Below, in pieces: positions 50,171 through 59,100 of a stretch of DNA of 64,000 nucleotides. This DNA comes from a virus (lineage: Duplodnaviria; Caudoviricetes): positions 128,001 to 192,000 of the IMG/VR virus record IMGVR_UViG_3300012952_003952; one strand, 5' to 3'. The notes under the pieces were generated by a model, which did no database searches, was not told the DNA's origin, and worked only from the letters and a program-made list of their open reading frames with translations. How positions within the stretch are numbered: position 1 is the first letter of the stretch; each line of letters begins with the position of its first letter. Position numbers and translations under genes: made by a program.

Positions 50171-51106
50171 ATGGCTATCGATAAAGTCTTCTACAACAAG
50201 AGCTCTTCAGACTCTCTCGGTTGGGAACCAAACTGGTTTGGCGCTAAATATCACGACGAAGATTTAGTAAAAGCAATCCGATCTTGGCAAAAAGCAAGAG
50301 GCCTAACAGCAGATGGCTTGTGTGGCCCCTCTACTTATAGGAGAATTTGGACAGAAAGAGATGCCGAAATAGGGAATCATGTTAAATATAACCACAACCA
50401 CAGTGGCGACTCTTTCATAATTCATAACAGTAAACCAATTTTGATAGAATGGGATAAAGTAGTTTTGTGGTCAGATAGTGGTGGGTTAAAAATGAAGCCT
50501 GGCACTTATTATGATTACGCAGGTAAAAAAGATAGAAAACCAACTCATTTCGTTAACCATTGGGACGTGTGTTTAAGTTCTGAGTCATGTGTAAAAGTTT
50601 TAAACAGGAGAGGCGTCTCAGTTCATTTTTGCATCGACAATGACGGCACCATTTACCAAATTTTAGATACTCAGCATGGCGCTTGGCACGCGGGGAATGT
50701 CTATGGTAATAAGCACGGCATTGGCGTTGAGATCAGCAATGCATATTACACAAAATACCAGGATTGGTACTCTAGAAACGGTTTTGGCGAGCGGCCAATT
50801 CAAGAAAACGGATACGTTCATGGCAGAACTTTAGACCCCTTTACTGATTTCTACCCTGTCCAAATAGAAGCTCTTAAAGCTCTTTGGAAAGCTTGCCACG
50901 TTGGTATGGAAATACCGTTAGAATATCCAAAAAATTCTAGTGGGCATATTGAAACTGGGGTTCATAAAGATGTCGCAAAAGGTAGGTTTTCTGGATTTTG
51001 TAATCACTATAATTTCACGAGAAATAAAATAGATTGCGCTGGTTTAGATCTTCCAACCCTTTTGGAAGAAGTAAAAAACACGCCAATGTACTGTTTGGAT
51101 AAATAA
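50171..51106 (+). CDS. peptidoglycan-binding domain plus N-acetylmuramoyl-L-alanine amidase (endolysin candidate)
   Basis: WQKARGLTADGLCGPST PG-binding motif; NHWD, SVHFCID, AWHAG, IGVEI and late H..KID amidase motifs. Confidence 0.85.
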   Translation: MAIDKVFYNKSSSDSLGWEPNWFGAKYHDEDLVKAIRSWQKARGLTADGLCGPSTYRRIWTERDAEIGNHVKYNHNHSGDSFIIHNSKPILIEWDKVVLWSDSGGLKMKPGTYYDYAGKKDRKPTHFVNHWDVCLSSESCVKVLNRRGVSVHFCIDNDGTIYQILDTQHGAWHAGNVYGNKHGIGVEISNAYYTKYQDWYSRNGFGERPIQENGYVHGRTLDPFTDFYPVQIEALKALWKACHVGMEIPLEYPKNSSGHIETGVHKDVAKGRFSGFCNHYNFTRNKIDCAGLDLPTLLEEVKNTPMYCLDK

Positions 51107-51107
51107 G

Positions 51108-51572
51108 ATGATTAATAATCGCTGGAGAACCATGAATTTAATATCTACCCACTTGTGTAAAACAAGCGACGTTGGATTTCATGGTAATTTGTTTGGCGGC
51201 CAACTTTTAGCTTGGCTAGATGAAGCCGGAGCTGCTCTTTCCGCAGAGTTTACCGAAACCGGAAAAGTAGTAACAAAACATATTTCAGAAGTTAATTTTC
51301 AGAGTCCAGTTCGGCCAGGCCAACTTATTAAAGTTTATGGAAAAATAATGAAAGTTGGAAACACTTCTTTGACTATTGAAGTGGAAGCCAGAAGACATAG
51401 TATTTATAACGGAACTCAAAAGCCAGTTTGTAAGTGCCAGATGGTTTTTGTGAGAATTGACGGAGATGGAGAAGCTGTTCCTATTCCTCCACACATTCAC
51501 AAAAAATTTAAAAGACCGATAGAGAGAAGCAAGGTTTCTAACCATGATAAATCTTCTAATTCAGAAAATTAA
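51108..51572 (+). CDS. hotdog-fold acyl-CoA thioesterase (YciA-like)
   Basis: DVGFHGNLFGGQLLAWLDEAG, VNFQSPVRPG and VFVRID; true start may be 51132. Confidence 0.8.
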   Translation: MINNRWRTMNLISTHLCKTSDVGFHGNLFGGQLLAWLDEAGAALSAEFTETGKVVTKHISEVNFQSPVRPGQLIKVYGKIMKVGNTSLTIEVEARRHSIYNGTQKPVCKCQMVFVRIDGDGEAVPIPPHIHKKFKRPIERSKVSNHDKSSNSEN

Positions 51573-51735
51573 AAAAATTTTTAAAAAAAAATCTAATAAC
51601 ACCGAAAACCACCCACAGAGTAACTTAGACGGCATAGTTGATCTTGAGAGTTTTCTGAAGTACCGCTTAAAATTTAACCCAGAAAGCAAAAAATACCAAA
51701 AAGTGTTAGAGTACTCCGAAGAAGATCTAAATTAG
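51544..51735 (+). CDS. small hypothetical protein
   Basis: 63-aa ORF filling the gap; no motifs. Confidence 0.35.
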   Translation: MINLLIQKIKKIFKKKSNNTENHPQSNLDGIVDLESFLKYRLKFNPESKKYQKVLEYSEEDLN

Positions 51736-51783
51736 GCTCCAATCTTTATATTTAAGAAATGTCAGTACTTCTTGGTTGGTTTA

Positions 51784-52020
51784 ATGAGCAGTGATTCTCC
51801 ATGCAGCGTTCAAGATTCTATTTTAAAGCTTAGGTCTTTAAGAGAAAAGCTTTGTAAAAACGATGTTCAGTGGAAAAAAGCTTTTGAAGTAAGAGATCAC
51901 GTAATAAGCAGCCTCGAAGCTCTTCAGTGTAAGCTTGAAGATAAAGATACGCCTAAAGCAGAATGCGCTATAGAGCTAAGAAGAATATTAAGATATTTTG
52001 AGGATAACAATAATGTCTAG
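51784..52020 (+). CDS. hypothetical protein
   Basis: ATG at 51784 in frame with the track ORF; ATATTTA upstream. Confidence 0.5.
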   Translation: MSSDSPCSVQDSILKLRSLREKLCKNDVQWKKAFEVRDHVISSLEALQCKLEDKDTPKAECAIELRRILRYFEDNNNV

Positions 52021-52333
52021 TGGTGCCGACTGGAATGAATATTCAAGGTTGGTTTTAAACCAACTAGAAACCTTGGCGAATAGTATCCAGTCTTTAAATT
52101 CTGAGATTCAGGAGCTTAAGCAAGAGATTGCTAGAATGAGAGAGCGGGAAGACCGGGTTGACGAGCTTCGAGCCTGGAAAGAGAAAGTAGACGAAGTCGC
52201 TTCCCCAACTCAGCTCGGCACAGCCTTGAAAGAAGTCGACGAACTTAAACAATTTAAGACAAAAGCGATTACCATATTTGCAGTAGTTCAATTTGCGATG
52301 GGCGCCATAGTTTTTGCGATGAGATTTATGTAA
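52013..52333 (+). CDS. coiled-coil protein with C-terminal transmembrane helix
   Basis: GAGG RBS; heptad region, then AITIFAVVQFAMGAIVFAM. Confidence 0.6.
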   Translation: MSSGADWNEYSRLVLNQLETLANSIQSLNSEIQELKQEIARMREREDRVDELRAWKEKVDEVASPTQLGTALKEVDELKQFKTKAITIFAVVQFAMGAIVFAMRFM

Positions 52334-52356
52334 ATTAGCTTTTTTTGTGTTATATT
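52328..52356 (+). promoter_or_regulatory. sigma70-like extended -10 promoter for glycosylase pair
   Basis: ATGTAA-N17-TATATT with TG at the extended position; ATG lies 7 nt after the -10 box. Confidence 0.55.
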
Positions 52357-52362
52357 TTTAAC

Positions 52363-52788
52363 ATGAAGAAATGGAATCCACCAAAATCACCATGGAATCT
52401 TGTGCAAGAGCCATATTTCGGTGATGAATGGAAAATTCTTATATGCTGTCTGTTATTGAATCTTACGACTCACAAGCAAGTTAGAAAAATTTTAGACGAG
52501 TTATTTGAGAAATACCCTAATCCAAAATCTATGTGTTTGGCTGAAGAAGAAGATTTAAAAGATTTGCTTAGTTCTCTTGGTTTAGTTAACAAGAGAGCAA
52601 AAACGCTTATTCGGTTCTCTCATGAATACCTTACCAAAGATTGGAAGACGGCTAAAGATTTGTACGGCTGCGGAAAATATGCTGATGATGCATGGCATAT
52701 TTTTTGTGTCGGAGATTGGCAAAGCGTTGAGCCAAAAGATCACGCATTAAACTATTATCATGACTTTTTGAGGGAGAATTATGCCTGA
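52363..52788 (+). CDS. MBD4-like HhH mismatch (G:T/G:U) DNA glycosylase, catalytic domain only
   Basis: KKWNPPKSPWNLVQE, WKILICCLLLNLT, LGLVNKRAKTL and LYGCGKYADDAWHIFCVGDWQSVEPKDHALNYYHDFL. Confidence 0.85.
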   Translation: MKKWNPPKSPWNLVQEPYFGDEWKILICCLLLNLTTHKQVRKILDELFEKYPNPKSMCLAEEEDLKDLLSSLGLVNKRAKTLIRFSHEYLTKDWKTAKDLYGCGKYADDAWHIFCVGDWQSVEPKDHALNYYHDFLRENYA

Positions 52789-53587
52789 AGGCCCAGAATG
52801 CAGAAGAATTGCAGAGTCGCTTGCAAAAGAAGTTTCTAATAAGACCATCGTGGGTATAGACATCCTCGGAGGCAGGTATACTAAGAAAGAACCATCAGGT
52901 TTATCAGATTTAATTTCTGATCTACCGATTGCCGTTGCTGGGGTAGGTGTTCATGGAAAGTTTATTTATTGGATTCTTTCTAAAGAACATTCGCTCTGGA
53001 ACACTCTTGGAATGAGTGGACATTGGTCTGGTGAAGAGCAAAAACATTCTAGAATAAAAATCAGGTTTTCTGATAAAACGCATGTTTACTTTAATGACAC
53101 TAGAAATTTTGGAACAATTAAATTAGTAAAGGGAAAATCAGAGCTTATAAAAAAGCTTAAATCTCTTGGTCCAGATATGCTCTCAGAAGACGTTGATAAT
53201 ATAACATTTTTGTCTGCGCTTAGAAAGAAAAATAAACACAATATATGCAAAGTTCTTATGGACCAAAGCGTCATCGCTGGCGTAGGAAATTATGTAAAAG
53301 CTGAAGCATTGTGGTTAGCTAAAATTAATCCAGCTTCTAACGTTCAAGATTTAGAAGACTACCAGTTAATAGATCTTAATGAGTCTATTAAAAGTGTTTT
53401 AAGAGCTTCTTACGAAAGCGGAGGAGCTACTATTAAGTCATATAAAAACTTTGATGGTGAAATTGGGGATTACTCTTCTCGGTTTCTTGTTTATAATCAG
53501 AAAACAGACCCCCACGGAAACGAAGTGGTAAAGTTTCAAACCCCAGACGGTAGAACAACTCACTGGGTGCCAGAAGTTCAAATTTAG
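52781..53587 (+). CDS. Fpg/Nei-family DNA glycosylase
   Basis: N-terminal MPEGPE, HGKFIY, LGMSG, FNDTRNFG, H2TH LMDQSVIAGVGNYVKAEALW. Confidence 0.9.
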   Translation: MPEGPECRRIAESLAKEVSNKTIVGIDILGGRYTKKEPSGLSDLISDLPIAVAGVGVHGKFIYWILSKEHSLWNTLGMSGHWSGEEQKHSRIKIRFSDKTHVYFNDTRNFGTIKLVKGKSELIKKLKSLGPDMLSEDVDNITFLSALRKKNKHNICKVLMDQSVIAGVGNYVKAEALWLAKINPASNVQDLEDYQLIDLNESIKSVLRASYESGGATIKSYKNFDGEIGDYSSRFLVYNQKTDPHGNEVVKFQTPDGRTTHWVPEVQI

Positions 53588-53595
53588 GAGAAAAA

Positions 53596-53877
53596 ATGAG
53601 CGAAGAAACAACATACAAAATGACAGATCATTCTATTGCCCACGTGGCGAAATTAATTCAGGTTGCTATGCTAACTGGAACAGACATAGTAGATCATTTG
53701 CGCTCTGTAGAGTTTACACTCGATGAAAACGGAGGGCTAACCCCATCTTCAGCAACTCTTTCGTCTCTAGGTTCAGAAATTGAATCTATGTTTACAGACC
53801 TTGAAAATGAGGCAAGTAATCAAAATGACATTAGCTTCGAAACTCCTAATCAGAAAACAACTATTTTTGAAGTATAG
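53596..53877 (+). CDS. hypothetical protein
   Basis: AGGAG RBS; 93 aa. Confidence 0.6.
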   Translation: MSEETTYKMTDHSIAHVAKLIQVAMLTGTDIVDHLRSVEFTLDENGGLTPSSATLSSLGSEIESMFTDLENEASNQNDISFETPNQKTTIFEV

Positions 53878-53915
53878 AGATTTTTCAGTGATACTTACTA
53901 ACAAGGTATCGCTAA

Positions 53916-54731
53916 ATGAAAGCTACAAATATCAGAGAAAAAATAAAGCTCAACAAAAAATATACCGAGCTTAATTATTGGAAGAGTATCTTTGAAGATA
54001 CCCAAGAGCTTTTTCATGCGTACGACATAGAATTAGCAGACTTTGTAAACCAAGTATCTAATATAGTCAACGAAAATGAAGCTTCGAGTGTAGAAATTTG
54101 TGATGAAGAAAATTTGGTAAAGTTTGAAGAGCAAAAACAAGATAACCAACATCAAAATTCTTACGAAGAAACTCGAAGCGAAGAATCTTTAGAGCATGAT
54201 TTAGAAAACAAAAAAGCTCCAGATTGGATGAAAAAAGCTTTTAAAGCTATTGCGCTAAAAACGCACCCTGATAAAGTTCTTTATAGAGATGATCTCTCTG
54301 AAAAAGAAAAAGAACACCTGGTAAAAACTTACTCTAGAGCTGCTGATGCAGTAGCTTCTTTAAGCGGAATTTCGCTTATAGAAATAGCCCAATCTTTAGG
54401 AATAGAGCTAGACCTAAGCCCGAAACAGCAGATTTTAATGCTGGAAAACAAGATAGAAAAAATAAAAAAAGAAGTCCAAAACCATCAACAGATGATTTCT
54501 TGGTCTTGGGGTGAAAATGAGGGTAATATAGAAATTAGAGCTAATTTGTTTCTTCACGTTTTAAGCCATTTAAAAATAGAGCCCATCCCGATAGAAAAAC
54601 TCAAAAGCATGATTGAAAAATTCGAAAAGGGCGATAATTTAGTTGAAAAAACTGACAGCCGAGATAAAATATTAAAAAGAAAGGTTGGTCAAAGACCAGC
54701 TCCTGGTATAGGCAGGATGAGGAAAAAATGA
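53916..54731 (+). CDS. J-domain-containing protein
   Basis: KKAFKAIALKTHPDK (helix II plus HPD) in the middle of the protein. Confidence 0.7.
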   Translation: MKATNIREKIKLNKKYTELNYWKSIFEDTQELFHAYDIELADFVNQVSNIVNENEASSVEICDEENLVKFEEQKQDNQHQNSYEETRSEESLEHDLENKKAPDWMKKAFKAIALKTHPDKVLYRDDLSEKEKEHLVKTYSRAADAVASLSGISLIEIAQSLGIELDLSPKQQILMLENKIEKIKKEVQNHQQMISWSWGENEGNIEIRANLFLHVLSHLKIEPIPIEKLKSMIEKFEKGDNLVEKTDSRDKILKRKVGQRPAPGIGRMRKK

Positions 54732-54964
54732 AAATCGGTTCTCTTATAGTGTTTGAAGAAGAAGCTCAAGGATATGATCTAGTTCAAAAGCAGGGCAATC
54801 TTTTTAGAAATGATCTAATAAGAATAAACACTGGAACCTGTGGAATAGTTTGCAAGCTTTACGACTACCCATCTACTAACATGACACTGGCAGAGATACT
54901 AATTGGAAACAAGCTTGTTTGTGACGTTAATTTAAATAAGCACGAATACAAGCTTATAAATTAA
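54728..54964 (+). CDS. hypothetical protein
   Basis: ATGA overlap with the previous gene; 78 aa. Confidence 0.5.
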   Translation: MKIGSLIVFEEEAQGYDLVQKQGNLFRNDLIRINTGTCGIVCKLYDYPSTNMTLAEILIGNKLVCDVNLNKHEYKLIN

Positions 54965-55695
54965 AAACATTCTCTTGCAATTGAAACAGATCCGCTTGGA
55001 GAAGCTTGAAAAGTTCTTATTTTGACATGCGGATAATAGTCTTTGCATAAATCTGCAACAGCGTCGATATTGCCAGAATTGTCATCATAAAAATACACTT
55101 CATCTGGATCATATTGGTCTATGTAAGATTTCATTATGCTTGCTTTAGCGCTAGGGTTCCCTCCCATATCACCAGCAGTATGAATGTCTCCACTAGAAAT
55201 GCTTAATCCTTGAGAATTTAGAAATTGAGAAATGTCTTCTCTGTTCGTAGCTTTTACAGAGTTTCCCCTAAGAGAATCTAGATCTTGGTTACCAGATCTT
55301 GCTGTTATGATTATCACTAAAGAGCTAGGGCTACTCTGCGCGCTTTTAGCTATATTCAATATATTTTCTATTGGAGAAGTAGAATCAATGTTTACGCCGG
55401 CAGTTTCTGAAAAATCGAAAACATCTTCTAGCTCATTAGAAGAAAGGTAATCTAAATCTTTTCTTGCTTTTTGCTCATAGTGCGCAAAGTCTTCTGATGA
55501 AAACCAAACTATTTCATTTTCAGTGCCTTTATTCTCTACAGAGTTAAAATCTAGTGAATTGTCTAATATCCAATTCATGAATTCTGGATCAGCTTTTCCG
55601 CTTGGTTTATTTCTCCTAACTCCGATCAGATTATCAGTTATAGCTAGCGTATCATCAAAATCAAACGCGAATATTTTTTTAATTTTTGAAGCCAT
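54961..55695 (-). CDS. HAD-superfamily hydrolase
   Basis: FAFDFDDTL (motif I), IITARS (II), K (III), FYDDNSGN (IV); ATG at 55695 with AAGGA upstream. Confidence 0.8.
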   Translation of the reverse strand: MASKIKKIFAFDFDDTLAITDNLIGVRRNKPSGKADPEFMNWILDNSLDFNSVENKGTENEIVWFSSEDFAHYEQKARKDLDYLSSNELEDVFDFSETAGVNIDSTSPIENILNIAKSAQSSPSSLVIIITARSGNQDLDSLRGNSVKATNREDISQFLNSQGLSISSGDIHTAGDMGGNPSAKASIMKSYIDQYDPDEVYFYDDNSGNIDAVADLCKDYYPHVKIRTFQASPSGSVSIARECF

Positions 55696-55752
55696 GTACA
55701 ATTTCCTTATGCAAAATATAAGTATTATAGTATTATCTAACAAGAGACTCTA

Positions 55753-56049
55753 ATGAATCCTTTAAGACTTTTTATAAGAGAAATTTTAAAAGAACAAGTA
55801 GTCGGGTATACACCGCCGCAAAAAGATTCTAGCGGAGATGACGACGCCGACTTTTTAGCTTATGGAGACATGTCAAGTCCAGCGCCTGCAAATCCTTCCG
55901 AAACCGAAGATCCAGAAGACGAAGAGCAGCTTCAGACGCAACTTCAGACTACTAATAAGCAACGCCAAAAAGATTTAGATTCAGGTGATGCTACGGCTGC
56001 TAATTACGACGGTAGGGTACTTCAAAAACTTCAAAAAACTACAGGATAG
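55753..56049 (+). CDS. acidic hypothetical protein
   Basis: N-terminal LRLFIREILKE motif; 98 aa. Confidence 0.55.
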   Translation: MNPLRLFIREILKEQVVGYTPPQKDSSGDDDADFLAYGDMSSPAPANPSETEDPEDEEQLQTQLQTTNKQRQKDLDSGDATAANYDGRVLQKLQKTTG

Positions 56050-56051
56050 TT

Positions 56052-56080
56052 GTGAAAAACTAAGCTTACTTTGATATAAT
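56052..56080 (+). promoter_or_regulatory. sigma70-like promoter for dnaE
   Basis: GTGAAA-N17-TATAAT. Confidence 0.6.
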
Positions 56081-56100
56081 AAACTATCAAAGGTAGGTTT

Positions 56101-59100
56101 ATGAAAACACCCAGCAAGTTTTTTGGTTTACACGCGCATTCTGGCTTTTCTATTTTCGATGGGCTAGGTTATCCGCAAGAACATATTGATTTTTGTAGAG
56201 AGAATGGACTAGACGGATGGTCCATGACTGACCATGGTCACATGAACGGCTTTGGTCACGCTTATTTGCACACGGAAAAGCTAAATAAAGCAGGCGGTAA
56301 TTTTAAGTTAATCCCCGGCTGCGAGATGTATGTTCATCCAGATTTAGACGTGTGGAAGCTAGATTACGAAATCAATAAAACAGCTAAAAAAGGAGACAAA
56401 GAAGCTTTAGCTATTTTAAAAAAGCAGAGAGAAGCAATTCAAACTCCTCTTCTCGCTTTTGTAGATGAGCATGACGAAACTTTAAACGTTGGCCTAGAAG
56501 GCGCTTCTTTGACCGTTGAAAACGAAGAAGAAACTAAATCAGGAAAGTTTTATGATCCGATCAAGCGTCGTCACCATCTAGTGGTTTTACCAAAAACTTC
56601 CGAGGGATTGCAAAGGTTGTTCCACTTAGTTTCTCGAGGTTACACAGAGGGATTCTATAGATTTCCAAGAGTAGACTATAAGATGCTTAAAGAAGCCGCT
56701 AAGGGTGGCCATCTAATGGTATCGACAGCTTGTATCGGTGGACCGTTAGCCTATGACGTGTTCCAACCGCTGCAAGAAACCAATTTTGAAGATCTCATTC
56801 CTTCACTTTTTGATGACGAATCTTTAAGAAATAAAATTCTTTCTAAGTTTGAATATTCTTATGACCAGCTAGCGGATGCCGTTGGAGAAGAAAATGTAAT
56901 GCTGGAATTGCAGTTTAATAAACTCCCAGCGCAGCACTTAGTAAACAAAGCTATATTAGAATTCGCTAGAACGCGATCTTTAACAGATCAACTTATTGTT
57001 ACTTGCGATTCTCATTATGCTTCTCCTGACCACTGGAAAGAGAGAGAGCTTTATAAAAAGCTCGGGTGGCTAAACTATCAAAGCTTTAATCCAGATAATT
57101 TGCCCAAATCTAAAGAAGACTTAAAGTGCGAACTGTACCCTAAGAATGCAAAACAGGTTTGGGAATCATATCTTGAAACGACAGAAGGCCACGATTTTTA
57201 TGAAGATTCAGAAATATTTGACGCTATAGAAAGAACACATGATGTTGCTCACGAGATGATTGGAGAAATTCACCCTGATCGTAAAATGAAATTACCTTCT
57301 TATGTAGTTCCTAAAGGCCAAACAGCGAATAAAGCTCTTTTAGAAGCAGCTAAAGCTGGATTAATCAAGCGAGGACTAGCAAATCAACCAGAATATGTCG
57401 ACAGGATGAAGACAGAGCTTAAAGTTATTTTTGATAAAAATTTCTCTGAGTATTTCTTAACCATGAAAGCAATTATTGATCTTGCTCGCGAGAAAATGCT
57501 AGCTGGACCAGGCCGCGGATCTGGAGCAGGGTCTCTAGTGAATTACGCCCTTTATATTACTGACATAGATCCAGTGGAATATGGGCTCTTATTTGAGCGG
57601 TTCATGTCTCCAGAGCGAACCGAAATGCCGGATATCGACACCGATATCGCAGACCGAGATGAACTCATTAAAATTCTTAGAGAGAATTTTGGTAACAAAA
57701 ATGTGATTCCGATCTCAAATTACAATACTTTCAAGATCAAAAGTCTTCTTAAAGATGTTTCTAGATTTTATGGGATTGAATTCTCAGAAGTAAATAAGAC
57801 TCTAGCTTCTCTAGAAAGAGATGTTGCTCAAGGAAGAAAAGCAGACGGCGTGGACGCAGCTTTTGATATTAGTTTTGAAGAAGCCAAGAAGTATTCTACT
57901 AAAGTTAGTGATTATCTAGAAAAATATCCTCAAATTGCAGACCCTATCAATGTGCTTTACAAGCAAAATAAAGCACTTGGCCGACACGCTGGTGGTGTCA
58001 TTGTTTCTGAAAAAATAGAAGAAAGAATGCCTTTGATTGTGGCTCGTGGCGAAATGCAAACTCCTTGGGTCGAGGGAATGAACTACAAGCACCTTGAAGA
58101 GTTTGGTTGGATTAAGTTTGATCTCCTCGGCCTAGAAACTCTTAGAATTATCGAAAGAACAATTTCTCTTGTTTTACAAAAATCAGGGGTGGAGAACCCA
58201 ACGTTCGACCAGGTGGTAGATTGGTACAATGAAAATATTGCCCCAAACGTAATTGACTTCAACGATAGCAAAGTTTACAAAAACGTATATCACTCTGGAA
58301 GGTGGGCTGGTATTTTTCAGTGCACTCAAAGAGGTGCGCAAGCTCTATTTAAAAGAGCTAAGCCAGAATCAGTAGTAGATTTAGCTACTCTTACTTCTAT
58401 TTATCGTCCTGGTCCACTTTCTGCAAAAGTAGATAAGCTTTACATTAAAGCCAAAAACAATCCGCAGAATGTTTTTTATGGTCACCCTTTAATCGAACAA
58501 GTTCTAAATTCAACTTATGGAATGATTATCTTCCAAGAGCAAGTAATGGAACTTTGCCATGTCGTAGCCGGTTTTCCAAAAGCAGAATGTAATAAGCTTA
58601 GAAAGATGATGAAGCCGGTTGGGTCTGGTAACGAAAATGTAAAGAAGGCTGCAGCTCTAAAGAATAAATTCGTAGAAGGAGCTTCGCAAAATGGAGTAGA
58701 TAAAAATATAGCTAGCGAGCTTTACGATAGAATCTTGTATTTCAGTGGCTATGGTTTCAATAAGTCTCACGCTGTTTCTTACGCAGTTAATTCTTACCAC
58801 TGCGCTTGGCTTATGACTTACTACGAGCAAGAATGGATTCAAGCTTATTTAGAAGCTTGTTCTGGTAACCCTAAAAAGCTTTCTAAAGCCCTAAGCGAAG
58901 TAAAAGCTTTAGGATACAACATTGTTCCCATCGATATCAATAAAGCTGGTAAAGCTTGGAGTTGCGTAGACGACAATTCTTTGATGCCGTCTTTTCTCTC
59001 TTGTAAAGGCGTTGGCGAAGCTGCTGTAGAAGAAATCTTAGAGCAGAGACCTTACTCTTCTATTGAAGATTTGTTTTGGGATGAAGAAGGAAAGTGGAAG

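Noticed and set aside
52013-52333. Holin or spanin call for the coiled-coil plus TM protein near the amidase
   Set aside because: A single C-terminal TM helix and proximity are not enough, and no lipobox partner was seen.
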